A DNA stretch of 55,298 nucleotides, from contig NC_068986.1 in NCBI RefSeq assembly GCF_001194135.2, positions 64,974,538-65,029,835 on the forward strand. The letters are read 5' to 3'. Source of the stretch: Octopus bimaculoides. Its lineage: Eukaryota. The notes under the pieces are model-generated. The model did no database searches, was not told the DNA's origin, and saw only the letters and a program-made list of their open reading frames with translations. The position numbers and the translations under genes are program-made. Of the stretch, positions 1-12,948 are shown piece by piece; the first letter of the stretch is position 1, and every line of letters starts with the position of its first letter.

Positions 1-915
1 TGGACAAAATAATAGAAACACCTTAACATTTCAAACACATTTACTTTAATATGGGGTAGGACTAACTTTGAGAATAATTACAGCTTCAATTCTACGAGGT
101 ATAGACATGTACAAAGCAAGAATTGTTTCCAAATGATTTTTTATCCATTCCTCAGCTAAAACAGTCTCCCGTTCTCGTAGTGATGATGGTGGAGGATATC
201 GAAACCTTGTTTTTCTAAAACGCACCACAAACTTTCAATAATATTGAGATCTAGGGACTGTGGTGACCAGATAAGATGTTCAACTTCACTAGAATGTTCC
301 ACGCACCATTCAATAACAACTTTAGCTGTGTGAATTGGTGCATTATCATCCTGAAAGATTGCGTCTACCCACCGCCCCCGAAAACACTTCCGCAACCATA
401 GGAAGAATTTTATCAGATTAAATGCTTAAATAATCTTGACTATTATTTCTGCCATGGAGGGAAACCATTGGGTCGGCGGATTTCCAAGATATAGCTCCTC
501 GGGTCATCACAATCCTCCTCCATGTTTAAAAGCTGGAAGAAGGAAATCTGGGTCAAATGCTTCTTTCGGCTGTTCCCACATGTATACTCGGCCGGTGATC
601 GGAAATAAGGTACAGGATGATTCGTCCGAGAAAATGACATTCTTCCACTGATATATTCTGAAGAGTCTTTTTACTCCACTCTAAACGCTTTGCAACGTTT
701 GTTTTATAAGAAGTGGTATTCTAGTAGTCTTTACACAGAAATCAAGCATTTCCAATCGTCACTATGGAAGCATTTGTACATCACTCGCCTGACTAAATAC
801 ATATCTCCTGTCACATAACAGTTAGGCTATGTCCTGGTAATTTGAAACAATTAATATTCAACTTCACATCAACAACGATTTTGATTGTTGTCGGCTTTGA
901 ACTGGTTCGGTTTCT
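1..915 (-). mobile_element. Tc1-family (IS630-Tc1-mariner) transposon relic with frameshifted DDE transposase
   Basis: Minus-strand translation across frameshifts gives NVAKRLEWSK..WKNVIFSDES..GRVYMWEQPKEAFDPDFLLPAFKHGGG..IFQDDNAPIHTAKVV..WSPQSLDLNIIESLW (ORF 156-395), matching the Tc1 FSDES / QDDNAPxH / WPPQSPDLNxIE motifs. Bases 1-25 resemble a Tc1 terminal repeat cut by the window edge. Confidence 0.85.
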
Positions 916-1061
916 ATGTCTATGTACACTGCCAGTACGTTTATTGAGAAACACCATACTCGATTAACGAGTCGACAGCCATCATACGCACGCGCACATG
1001 CATGTACGTACGCACGCACGCATGCACGCAAGCACACACACGAACACGTGTNNNNNNNNNN

Positions 1062-1100
<39 letters not shown>

Positions 1101-1586
1101 TGTATATAAGTATTACGGATAAGTGGTAGATAGAGGGATATCAGGAACTAACTTGAGAAATATAGTGATATATGGTTTTCCACAGATACTTATAGTAAAC
1201 GAAAATCGAGTTGTACATGGAGTAGAGAAATTTAGTGTGAAGTCTTAAATAAAATAATTGTAAGTTCTACATATTCATACAGGTCTTACATGCCCGTATT
1301 GTATTCTATATTTATCAATTTAAATTCTAGTCATAAATCTTATTTATTTAGAATTTTTCTTTGACATCGTGTCAGTGCTGGAAAATTGATTTTTATATTT
1401 TATATTATTAATGGTCTAATCAATATCTTAATATAATAATTACAATAATAAATTTTCATCGGTTACAGTTTTATGAACATTGCGCTCTAACTGCTCTCTT
1501 ATACACACTAAAGCACGCATTCTAACCAGCATAGATACATACAAATACATTAAATTGGCCTTCAACATATTTATTACATACAATGA

Positions 1587-1629
<43 letters not shown>

Positions 1630-2420
1630 TACACATATAGCCGTGCGTGTCTGTGTGTGAATAAAAATTTCCAACTAGAATGGTTAATTAAATACGTAAT
1701 CGAACATACTGTATAACTAAACAAGCAAAAATAACGAAACTGCTTAGCAACAAGGAGAGTAACAGTAGCAACAAAACAACAATAACAACAATAACAACAA
1801 AAACGGAAACTTCATGAATTTTTACACAAAAAACACTTAGTCGTATGTAAAACATGCAAAACAACATTCATAACAAGGATAAAAAACAATATGAAAATTA
1901 GTAAAAACATTCAAGCAAGAAAAAAACAATTTACTACCAACGATACGTTATCAGAAAATAAAACCTTTTCAACCAAGTTTATTAATCTAAGTAAAGGACT
2001 CTAACGAATAAATAAAACAAGACCACAAGCTTTGCTACAAACGAAATGCATTTTTAATTCATGGAAATATCGGTGATACAGCTTACAATACAGAGAATAA
2101 TTTATAAGCTATAGGTAAAAGCAGGTGTTCAGATGTAAAGATGCTGGAGACTCGTTTTTATATATTCACCTCCTCAAAGACGAGAATGGCTTATGCGCAT
2201 GCGTTATTTTTTCTCGGTCTGTTAAGCAATCGTCATTCAAAGAAAAGCATAATAAATAAAGATCAGCACAAACTCTGTTATTACACGATGTGTTGCTATA
2301 GTTTGCTTATTTATTAATGACATCAGTTGATAATTTTGAATAAGAGCAATTAGTTGAATTAAATTTGAGTGATTCTAAGTTGTAAAATGATTATATAGAC
2401 ATAGATTTACGCAATTTCTT

Positions 2421-2765
2421 TTAGCCTTTACTGGTGTCGGTGATTAGACTCGAGCCATTAAGGGGTACTTTCTTGAAAAATTTTTATTCAGATGAATCAA
2501 CCTCAGTACTTATTTCTTTTTGAAACCTGGCACTTATTCTATCGGTTCTCTTTCGCCGAACCGCTAAGTTACAGGGAAATAAACACACCAACACCGGTTG
2601 TCAAGCGGTGTAGGTGGACAAACATAAGCACACAGAACACACATACACGCGCGCGCATACATATATACGACGGTCTTCTTTCAATTCTTGTCTACGAAAT
2701 CCACTATAGAAAAAGGCACTCGTCCAAGGTACCACGCAGTGTGCCTGAAGCCAGAACCATGTGCA
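2421..2765 (-). mobile_element. tRNA-derived CORE-type SINE (family B), degenerate copy
   Basis: Shares tacttattctatcggt..gccgaaccgctaagttac..caccaacaccggttgtcaagcg..gacggtcttctttca..ccaaggtaccacgcagtg with the copies at 23.8, 38.6 and 50.2 kb, and has an internal microsatellite. Confidence 0.7.
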
Positions 2766-2853
2766 TGCATATTCACAATGTATTTTTGTATGTGCGCGCG
2801 CGCACACACACACACACACACGCACACACACACACACACACGCGCGCACACAC

Positions 2854-3083
2854 GCGGTGAGCTGGCAGAAACGTTAGCATGCCGGGTAAAATGCTTAGTG
2901 GTATTTCGTCTGCCGCTACGTTCTGAGTTCAAATTCAGCCGAGGTCGACTTTGTCTTTCATCCTTTCGGAGTCGATTAAATAAGTGCCAGTTACGCACTG
3001 GGGTCGATATAATCGACTTAATCCGTTTGTCTGTCCTTATTTGTCCCCTCTGTGTGTAGCTCCTTGTGGGTAGTAAAGAAATA
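2854..3083 (+). mobile_element. tRNA-derived SINE (family A), well-preserved copy
   Basis: A-box-like TGGCAGAAACG, B-box-like GAGTTCAAATTC, then the central domain gaggtcgactttgtctttcatcctttcggagtcgat..aagtgccagt. Repeated many times in the window. Confidence 0.8.
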
Positions 3084-3389
3084 ACACACACGCACACGCG
3101 CACACACACGCACACGCACACGCGCGCGCGCACACACACACGCACACACACTTAAAAAAATTATTTTGCTGGTTTCAGTTATTGGACAGCACTCATAAAG
3201 GAACACCACATTAATCACAGTACTTCTTCAGTGTGTACTAATTTTATCACCTCTATTGTTGAGGCACTAGACCAAAAGACAAAAGGACACAATGTTGATT
3301 CATGAAATGCATGCATTCATGCGTGCAAACATTCAGTATTCCCTACCTACCTACCTACCTACCTATCTACATACATACATACATACATA

Positions 3390-5130
3390 CAAGCATACTA
3401 TAATGGAGAACGCTGCTTATTAATTAGATATGTAACAATTACTAAAAGTACTAAAAGAAAGCAATATTAAAAGCTTGACTGTCTAAATATTTTTATAAAT
3501 TCATGTTCTAAGAAATTGCCTATAATTTCGATTTCTGAAGTTTATTGAATTTTTTTTAACTCCAAATTTTGGCAAATTTAGATATTCATTGCAATCACTG
3601 CGTTCAATTCTTCATAAATTTAAATATTCATTGCATTCACTGCGGAGTAGATTTTTAACGTTTAATAAACAATATTAATTCGTTGGGGGCAACATATTAC
3701 GTTTTTATTTGCAGCATTCTCTCATTCCTGCTCGCCTCTATTTTCATTAATGATAATTTAATAATAGCTGTATAACTTTGATACGAGACACAATTTCAAG
3801 AATATTATCAGCTTCCGGAGTTTGTTAAATGAATATTTTTGATAAAATGAAAATTCTTTAATATACCGGTATAATTGTTTTGTAAATGAAGAAGTATTTT
3901 GTTGGTATGACTACTTGGAACGCTATAAGCCTTACAATAATAACTATGTGATCGCTGCTATTTCTAGCACGCTAAACAAGATAGTTTTTAATGAGCTTTC
4001 ATTCATATATAATATGCGACTGAAAGAGAAAATTTAGCTGCAAAGGAACAAGGGCAGAGAGAGACGGGCAACTGAATCAGATGAAACCAGGGCAAAACGA
4101 CTGAAACAGATGCCTGAATATGCACGGAGACGTAGACATGATGCTGTTTCCGCTATACATGACCGACTGGTTAGAGTATCGCGAGAGGAGAATATTCTAC
4201 TTCAGAATAAGGGTGTCAGATCATAAATTGTTGAGGCAACACTAAAGAGCTCTTTTCTTTGCGAGCATGTGGAAGTAGTGGAGTTGACAACCAGTCTAAG
4301 ACTTCTTACAGAAGGTCATTCTGATGAAAGAGAGTTTGCTAATTACCTTCTTGATGTAGGAAATGGCAACATTTCTGCTGAAAAAAGCCTAGGTGAATTC
4401 AAAATCAAACTACCTAATGACCTTGAAAGTGGTACGCTTTCAGATCTATGTGATTTTGTATATGCTGGCTTCAAAAATAAATTCACAAACCCTGTGTGGC
4501 TTGCAAATAGAACCATCGTTACTCCTACAAATGAAGCAGCACAATTTGTGAATGATTTTCTGTTGACCAGGATCCCTGGTGAGCTAAAAATATACAGAAG
4601 CTCACATACAGTTGATAATAAAATTCTGTACCCAATCGAGTTCATCAACAAGCTTATACCATCAGAGTTTCCACCACACATTCTCAAACTGAAGAAAAAA
4701 ACGATGCATAATGATAATGCTTCTGAGAAATTTAGAGGCTACTAATGGACATTGCAATGGCACACACTACACCATTGTCAGTTTACATGATCATGTTATT
4801 AAGTCTGAGGTTGCTTCTGGTCCTTATGCAGGATCAACTCTGCTAAACCCAAGAATACCACGTGTATCTCAAGAAATGGAATTTCCATTTCCATTTACAG
4901 GCAAATAATTTCCTGTCAAGCCAGCTTTTACCTTGACGTGCAACAGGGCGCAGGGACAGACTTTTGAACAAATTGCAATATAACGTCCGACACAGTTCTT
5001 CTCACATGGTCAGCTGTATGTTGCATTATCTAGTGCTTGAAAGAAGGCCGATGTAAGAATATTGGCTGAGAGAAATGGAAACAGTATGATTACTGACAAT
5101 TGTCTACAAGGAGATACTACTTTGAATTTA
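3390..5130 (+). mobile_element. Helitron relic: N-terminal Arg/Glu-rich segment plus C-terminal half of the PIF1-type helicase (frameshifts and stops)
   Basis: ORF 4269-4745 (EFANYLLDVGNG..RTIVTPTN..YPIEFINKLIPSEFPPHILKLK) continues in a shifted frame as IMLLRNL..GHCNGT..PRIP..FP..AFTLTCNRAQGQT..FFSHGQLYVALS, the hallmark Helitron PIF1 motifs. About 4065-4135 reads RATESDETRAKRLKQM. The 5' boundary is uncertain. Confidence 0.9.
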
Positions 5131-5282
5131 ATTTATGCTTTTTGCAAGTTTCAGTAAGTAGAATTAACACATAAATTGTATGTAAAGTAACATATATTTG
5201 TGTGGAATTAAAGTGTTTTGGCATATTTCCCTCCCTCTCTCCCTCCCTCCATCCATCCATCCATCCATCCATCCATCCATTA

Positions 5283-5638
<356 letters not shown>

Positions 5639-5659
5639 AACATACATATATATATATAT

Positions 5660-5737
<78 letters not shown>

Positions 5738-5762
5738 AATAAGAAGATACATTGCGGAACTG

Positions 5763-5953
5763 TTATTTTAACGAGTTATATCTATTTATCCTCTGAAGAG
5801 ACACATCTGCACCGTTGGATGCTCCTGAACCAGTTGTTAAGTATCCCACCCATGAGGGATCGACACTAGATGTATCGAAACGATTGTAGTGATTAATAAA
5901 CATTCTCATTTCTTCCATCTTCCGTCTTCCATTTACCATGTACATAACGAACA
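5763..5953 (-). CDS. Possible terminal coding exon of an unidentified host gene (hydrophobic segment, RRK, then cytoplasmic-like tail)
   Basis: Acceptor-like cactttcacag| is followed by an open frame (V)FVMYMVNGRRKMEEMRMFINHYNRFDTSSVDPSWVGYLTTGSGASNGADVSLQRINRYNSLK*. The sequence is non-repetitive, no homolog was recognised, and upstream exons were not found. Confidence 0.3.
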
Positions 5954-6624
5954 CTGTGAAAGTGATCGTGCTTTACCAGTAAGCTACCAGGTATAAACCA
6001 TTCGTTTAATTATGTAATATAAATATATATATTTCTAATGGTGAAATTACTGTGAAGCATTGTGTAGAATATATTTGTTATGTCTCAAAGCTCCTGCTAT
6101 CTAGCACCTTCGGATGATCTTTACTCAACCGCTACACAACTGCTACTCGACTGCTACTCAACACACCTACCATGGCCAGACTACCTCAATTTATGTCTTG
6201 GGAGATCCTACTTCTTTGCCTGGGGGCGTCAACACAACAATATTGTATAAAGATGGTGGGTAAGACCAAAACAATGCGAAGTAAATGCAAGGTAAATCAC
6301 AAGAAAACAAATATGTGAATTAATGTAGACTTACCTTGTATTCCATATTTAGGGGTTATGACCCCAGTTTCAAGAAATTGACGAATGTTGCCGATGTGCG
6401 TGTGTGGAGTGGGCATTAATATATATATATATATATACTTATAAGCATGTATAACAAAACGGACTGTTAGAAAATTTATTGATATCATTTATTCATCATT
6501 ACACATTTTTCATTTGCTAATAGGAATTACAGAGTTTTATATGTTAGATAGACATATAAGGTATTTCCTATAAGAAATTCTTCTGACAGAGAAATTGAAT
6601 AATATAAATGCTACATTTGGATGA

Positions 6625-6675
<51 letters not shown>

Positions 6676-7090
6676 ATAAATATATATGTAGGCGTGTATG
6701 TATGTGTGTATATATCTATATGTATATATAGACATCTGTCTGTGTGTTTGTGCTTGCATTTGTTCCCCACTACTCCTTGACAGCTGTTGTTGGTTTGTTG
6801 AAATCCCCGTAACATAGCAGTTCGGCAAAAAAAGTGGACGATAGAGTAAGAAAATAAGTACTGGGTCAATATATTCGGCAAAACCCTTCAGGATAGTGCC
6901 ACATCATGACCAGAGTTTAATGGGGCTGAAGCAAGTAAAAGATAAAATACATACATACATTCATAAATACACACTCAAAATGTATGTATGTATGTATATG
7001 TGTATATATGTAGAGGTATGTATAAAGTTTGTAATCACTAATGTTAAATTATGAATATACAACTACGCGCACACACATACTCACACACAG

Positions 7091-7139
<49 letters not shown>

Positions 7140-7474
7140 CACAGAAAGATAGATAAATAAATAGACAGATAGATGTGTGTGTGACTGATAGATGTATGTG
7201 TGTGTGTGTGTGAGTGTGTGAGTGCAGAACTTTTTTCACGGATCATAGAGTTCTATGCGACCGGTGGTTAATGCTGGTTCTTGTGCAGTTAAGCAGAGGA
7301 GAGACAAATGTCCGCCTTGAGAGTAAGCATGTTTCTTCTCAGAGACAATAAATAGACTGGAACATCTAGATGAATTACATATTTTGTTGAAAATGATAAC
7401 GAAAAATCTGCAGCAGACTTGAAGTTATGATTCATACGCTCGTAGTTCAATACCTGTTCGATTTAGCCAATAAA

Positions 7475-7518
<44 letters not shown>

Positions 7519-7786
7519 ACATACATACATATATTTATATAACTTGCTATTTTGCATAGAAATGAAGACGCATGAATACAGTAAATTCAAATTCTTCCTT
7601 ACGCGGCACATAGGACTCTGGCAATGGTATGAGATTCCGCTTGCCATTCCCTCATATCCTAAAATTTTGGACACTTCGATCAGGCGGAATCTATATTTAT
7701 GGATATTTAAAATCTTAAACCTAAAGGTCATGTTTCTAGGTGCCTGATGAGAGAGGTTTGTTCTACAAACCTACGAATCTATCTAG

Positions 7787-7832
<46 letters not shown>

Positions 7833-8039
7833 GTTTTTCTGTCTGTCTACGAGTGTGTGTGTTTATATGTGTGTGCATGTGCATTCGTGAATGTGTGTGT
7901 GTGTATGTGTGTTTGTGTGTGTGTGTGTGTGTGTGTATGTGTGTGTGTGTGTGTGTGCATGTTTCTGTAGATGCATCTGTAAGTATGAGCGTGTGGGCAT
8001 TACATTCATATTTTCAGCCAAGATGTGAATGTAACGTAC

Positions 8040-8700
8040 AAAAATGTGGATGTGTCCTCTGATTACAGCTGAATGTCATTGATTTGGACTGCATCTATAT
8101 CAACGTCATCTTATGCTTGTTCAGCGTATTCTTCTCTTGTCATTATGACCTGACTTTTTTCCACAGTTGATTTATTTCCTTATCATATTTATCTGAAGCA
8201 ATATCCAATCTTCTCGTGATCCCAGATTATTCGCTTTTAGAACCGTTAACAATTCAATGTCGAACGCAAATCTCAAAATCTTAGATAGGTGATCGTTCTT
8301 TCACCAATCTTCAAAACCTTCTTGGGCATCTGTCACGGTTTACCCAAGAAATAAATTGAAAATGCAATATACAAAACTTGGATAATGAATCAAATTGCAA
8401 TAGCAACAGGACATATACAAAAGGTGAATAAGACCTAAAGCAACAAGCGACAGATACAGACCAATGTAGTCAGATAACAGCGATTGCATTTCTTGAATGT
8501 GGGATACGAATATAGACGAATTCTTACACAAAATGGTAAGTATTTGAAATGAGATGCCTCCAAAATTGTGGCATTCTGGACCAGCTTGTATTTGTTCCAC
8601 ACAAGAGCATCTTAATGCGTTGATTGGAAAGAGGAAGAAAGGCGAATAAATAAGCAGTGGCTTTCTGTCAGCGCAGGGTTACTTCTCTTTGGTATCCCTA
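8040..8700 (+). mobile_element. Highly degenerate non-LTR retrotransposon (RTE-like) ORF2 C-terminal relic
   Basis: tttgaaatgagatgcctc = FEMRCL, resembling the RTE AFEMRCLRRIL motif. The flanks are decayed with many stops. Confidence 0.35.
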
Positions 8701-9442
8701 TTGAGCTTCCTACTGAGCTTCTAATACTGCTTGTTCTCCACATTGAATCATTCCACATTTGAACTTCTCTGCATCATTATCTGAAATGTTAGATCTTTTC
8801 TACCCTGATAACGGAGGCTCGATTTATCCAATGTTAATTGCTTCCATTATGGCCTGCATATTGTGATGAACTACATCTACCAACATTATGACAGATCTCC
8901 AAGCTCCCAGAAACAACTGTTATAACAGCTGTTATAACACCTGACTTCGTCTACTTTAATTCTCTCTGTTGTTTGTACTTTGTGTAAGTTGGATCTATTT
9001 ATATAAATACCTATATATTTATACTTAAGTATTCATCGTCTGAAAGTCTTCACTCTTTACTTTCTCTAGTTTTGCATGTATACATATATACATATTTTGT
9101 ATCTCATACCCAGGCTGATATATTTGATATATTTAATTTGTTTATCCGCATAATTGCCCCTTTATCTGCTCAATTTGATTCCTCTTATAGCCATTCTTTA
9201 CCCTGCGGAATCTGTCCCCCGTGAAGACATCGGAGTCTTAGCTTGTATCATTTGAGCACTAGTGTCTTCTATACCGAGAATCTCTGAATCTCATCTGTTG
9301 ACTAAACATATAAACATGCTATTACACGTTATTAAATGGTATGTTTTTATAGGTGTATGTGATGTTCTTCGAGGACTATAAAGAAAAAAAAAAGCGGAAT
9401 ATATATTTAGATAAGTAGTATTCACACACACACACACGCACG

Positions 9443-9501
<59 letters not shown>

Positions 9502-10059
9502 ATGCTCACACATCTTTATAAAAGCAAATATACGAAAATGAGAGTCACAGCTGATCCTCTGAATGCACAGAGGAAATTATGCTTCTATTAATTTTTTTCC
9601 ACCACTGATGCAATCTCTCGCTGAAGGTTCCTAATGGAGATGCAACGGTTCTTATTTTTCGGTGACAAGAAGCATGATTTCAATTTTGAACGCACGAAGC
9701 CAGAGCAGATATCGCAAAACATCCAGGTTCGCTAATCCAACATTCAGAAATGGTGACCTATTTATCAATCCCTAAAGGATTAAAGGTGAAGCTGACGTCA
9801 ATGAGACTTGAATAAGTACTGCTAATTCGCCGCCTTTATATGCATGCAACTGTTGTTTATTGTTCATACACCTGTCTTCGTCTTATATTTTTCTATAAAT
9901 TTCAACTATATATTATATGCTCACGTGGTTACCCCAGTTTGATCCTGACTGAACTTTCTACTCTTTGGACTTGCATATCTGAACCACTTCCCGAATTTTC
10001 AGCCCCTCTCCTCATTTACATACCAGCACTCCACCCGGACTACCACTAGATCTACTGAC

Positions 10060-10728
10060 TCTACCTTCACGGACTTTCTGCGATTCGCCCCGGATCTCAA
10101 CGGTGACCTTTGAGCCGCACTTTCATCTTGAGAAAGTGATGGAAGTCTGCAGGTGCTAAATCTAGCGAATACCATATTGTTTTCGGCAAGAAACTCATGA
10201 GTGAGGGGAGCTCGGTGGTTGGTCCATTGTCGTCGTGAAGGATCCAATGTTTCGCGGGCGTTAAGATTGCCAGTACGGAACCATACAACAGACTAACAAC
10301 ATCAGCAATGTCATTGATTGTCCTCCGACAATCCTCATGCACATGCTGATGAATTTTCTCCAGATTTTCGGGGGTGACGCTTCTGGCAGGTTTTCCAGAT
10401 CGTTCATCTTCTTCCAGGGACGTTCTTCCGCTTTTGAAGCGCCTGCCTTGACCCATTACCTCGCCGCCGTAAGCTTGCCGAAGTATGTTCAATGTCTCTG
10501 TAGCAGACACCCCAAGTTTAACGCAAAATTTCACGTTGGCTCTTTGTTCCAACTTCCTGTCCATGACACAAAAACAAATTCCACAACTTGCGAAGTAAAT
10601 ACAGCGTTGTCACTCGCCACACTACCTCACGAAGGTCACTGCTAGCTCTTACTACGCATGTAACCGTGTGCTGCCAACTGTTGGCGTGCTACAGAACTAG
10701 TCTGGGCAGTTTTTGATTCCAACTCATA
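10060..10728 (-). mobile_element. Mariner transposon, internally deleted and 3'-truncated
   Basis: ORF 10097-10564 reads MDRKLEQRANVKFCVKLG..RFKSGRTSLEEDERSGKP..RRTINDIAD..|..WILHDDNG..YSLDLAPADF..LKGHR. A mariner-type 5' TIR (tatatgagttggaatcaaaaactgcccagact, minus strand) ends near 10728. Confidence 0.9.
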
Positions 10729-11352
10729 TAAACACACACACACACATAATACATACATATATAAACAACAAGTCACAGGAAGTAAAGTTGCTGAATCTCA
10801 GCCGTTGTCATCGATGGATATTTAGTTCTTCGACTAAGTGGACGACCTGCTCTTTGAATAACCGTGTTAGTAGTTGAATATTCTACAGAAGTTTGTATTC
10901 ACCTGGAAGAAACAATGCATCACAATATGTAGCAAGGCTAGAACTTTGTGTTATAAATGCAATATTTTCGGCGGGGTTCCGATCAGTTTTCATATTGTGC
11001 CAACTTGAGACTATGGTAAAATGACACATTCTCAGGATGCCAAGCAATGAGACCGAACTGCGAATGAATTTCTTAACCATTTGGCTATCTGCCTGCATGC
11101 ACACAAAGTTAGTTACACGTACACACACGCCTGAATACAGGCATGTATATACTGGAGTTTTTTAGCCAAGATTAGGATGGTCAAAAATGGGACGCGCTCA
11201 AGTTTATGTATTTTCTCAAAACTTATCAACCAAAGGAAATCGGGAATCAGAACTGGTTATAAACTCAATTTCAAGAAAACCTATGATACTCACTTTCTAT
11301 TTCATTGATAGTGTTAATTTTTAGGTATACATATACACGTATTCGAAATTTA

Positions 11353-11393
<41 letters not shown>

Positions 11394-11400
11394 TGTCAAC

Positions 11401-11454
<54 letters not shown>

Positions 11455-12114
11455 TTACATGCATTTATTTGTGCGTACACCTATATACATCCACATATAG
11501 TTATATATGCAAGTGCGTGTATGTTTGCATCTATGCATGCATATATCCCACTTTGTTCCAGTTAAAATGCAAGTCACGATGTGACTCAACAGATATGGTC
11601 ATTATGTATCGATGGGCATCTTCAATCTTCTTGTTAAAATCTAATCCGTCTTCTATTACTCTAAGATTTCTACTTTCTTCTAATTCAGAATCGATTATTC
11701 ATTACTGCTAGCCACGATTACGTATTCATCTTATGTTATTTTTTTCCTTTGGTTTTCATTATCATTTCATGTGTTTTGTTTTTTCGTTACCGACCAGGCA
11801 CGGCCATTAATTTTCTTCAATGTGTCCGTCATTTTCTCACAAACACAGTGATATTTATTCGACCAAGTTATCCCTTATGATCTATATATTTCTATGGTCA
11901 TATTAGAAATTAGATTTCCTTCTTGACATATATTTTTTATTTTTCCTTCTCATATTTTCAGATTTTTTCCCCCATATATTTTAGAAATGGTAATAATGGT
12001 GGTGATGATGGGTGTTATCTCTTACAAATAGATTTCCCTAATGTATATGAGTGTGTAAATGTGCGGATGTGTATGAGTATTTGCATGCATGTATGCATAT
12101 ATATTACATACAAT

Positions 12115-12221
<107 letters not shown>

Positions 12222-12611
12222 AATATGCACATATATTGCACACACATATAAACATATATATGTGTCTATTATGATTATTATATATCATATGTGATATATA
12301 TAATATATATCACATAAATTATAGCACACATGTATTATTTATAATATAATGTATTAAATATAATGCATATATTATATTGAATGCATACATGCTGCTTGTA
12401 ACACGTACCGCATATATACACTATATACATATACATACATACATACATACATACATATACATACATACATACATACATACATATACATACATACATACAT
12501 ACATACACATATATGTATATATGAATGTATGTATCTATCTATCAATCAATCTGTGTGTGTGTGTATATATATATATATGTGTGTGTGTGTATGTATATAT
12601 CTTTCTCTCTT

Positions 12612-12676
<65 letters not shown>

Positions 12677-12913
12677 NNNNNNNNNNNNNNNNNNNNNNNN
12701 NNNNNNNNNNNNNNNNNNNNNNNNNNNNNNNNNNNNNNNNNNNNNNNNNNNNNNNNNNNNNNNNNNNNNNNNNNNNNNNNNNNNNNNNNNNNNNNNNNNN
12801 NNNNNNNNNNNNNNNNNNNNNNNNNNNNNNNNNNNNNNNNNNNNNNNNNNNNNNNNNNNNNNNNNNNNNNNNNNNNNNNNNNNNNNNTATCTACACATAT
12901 ATGTATGCATGCA

Positions 12914-12948
<35 letters not shown>

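Noticed and set aside
2194-2203. NRF1-like TGCGCATGCG motif (also at 25495 within the maT end)
   Set aside because: A single short motif with no CpG island or transcript evidence; the second copy is part of a transposon subterminal region.
2854-2940. Functional tRNA genes at SINE heads (also 17880-17931 and 33647-33745)
   Set aside because: A and B boxes are present but no complete cloverleaf or acceptor stem; they continue into SINE bodies.
6290-6420. Perfect minus-strand donor CAAG|gtaagt after MPTPHTHIGNIRQFLETGVITPKYGIQ
   Set aside because: No credible acceptor upstream (it runs into (TA)n), no recognisable protein, and probably part of an interspersed repeat.
7590-7680. Possible 56-nt minus micro-exon (ttttag|...|gtaagg)
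   Set aside because: Two frames are open, there is no homology, and it cannot be linked to other exons.
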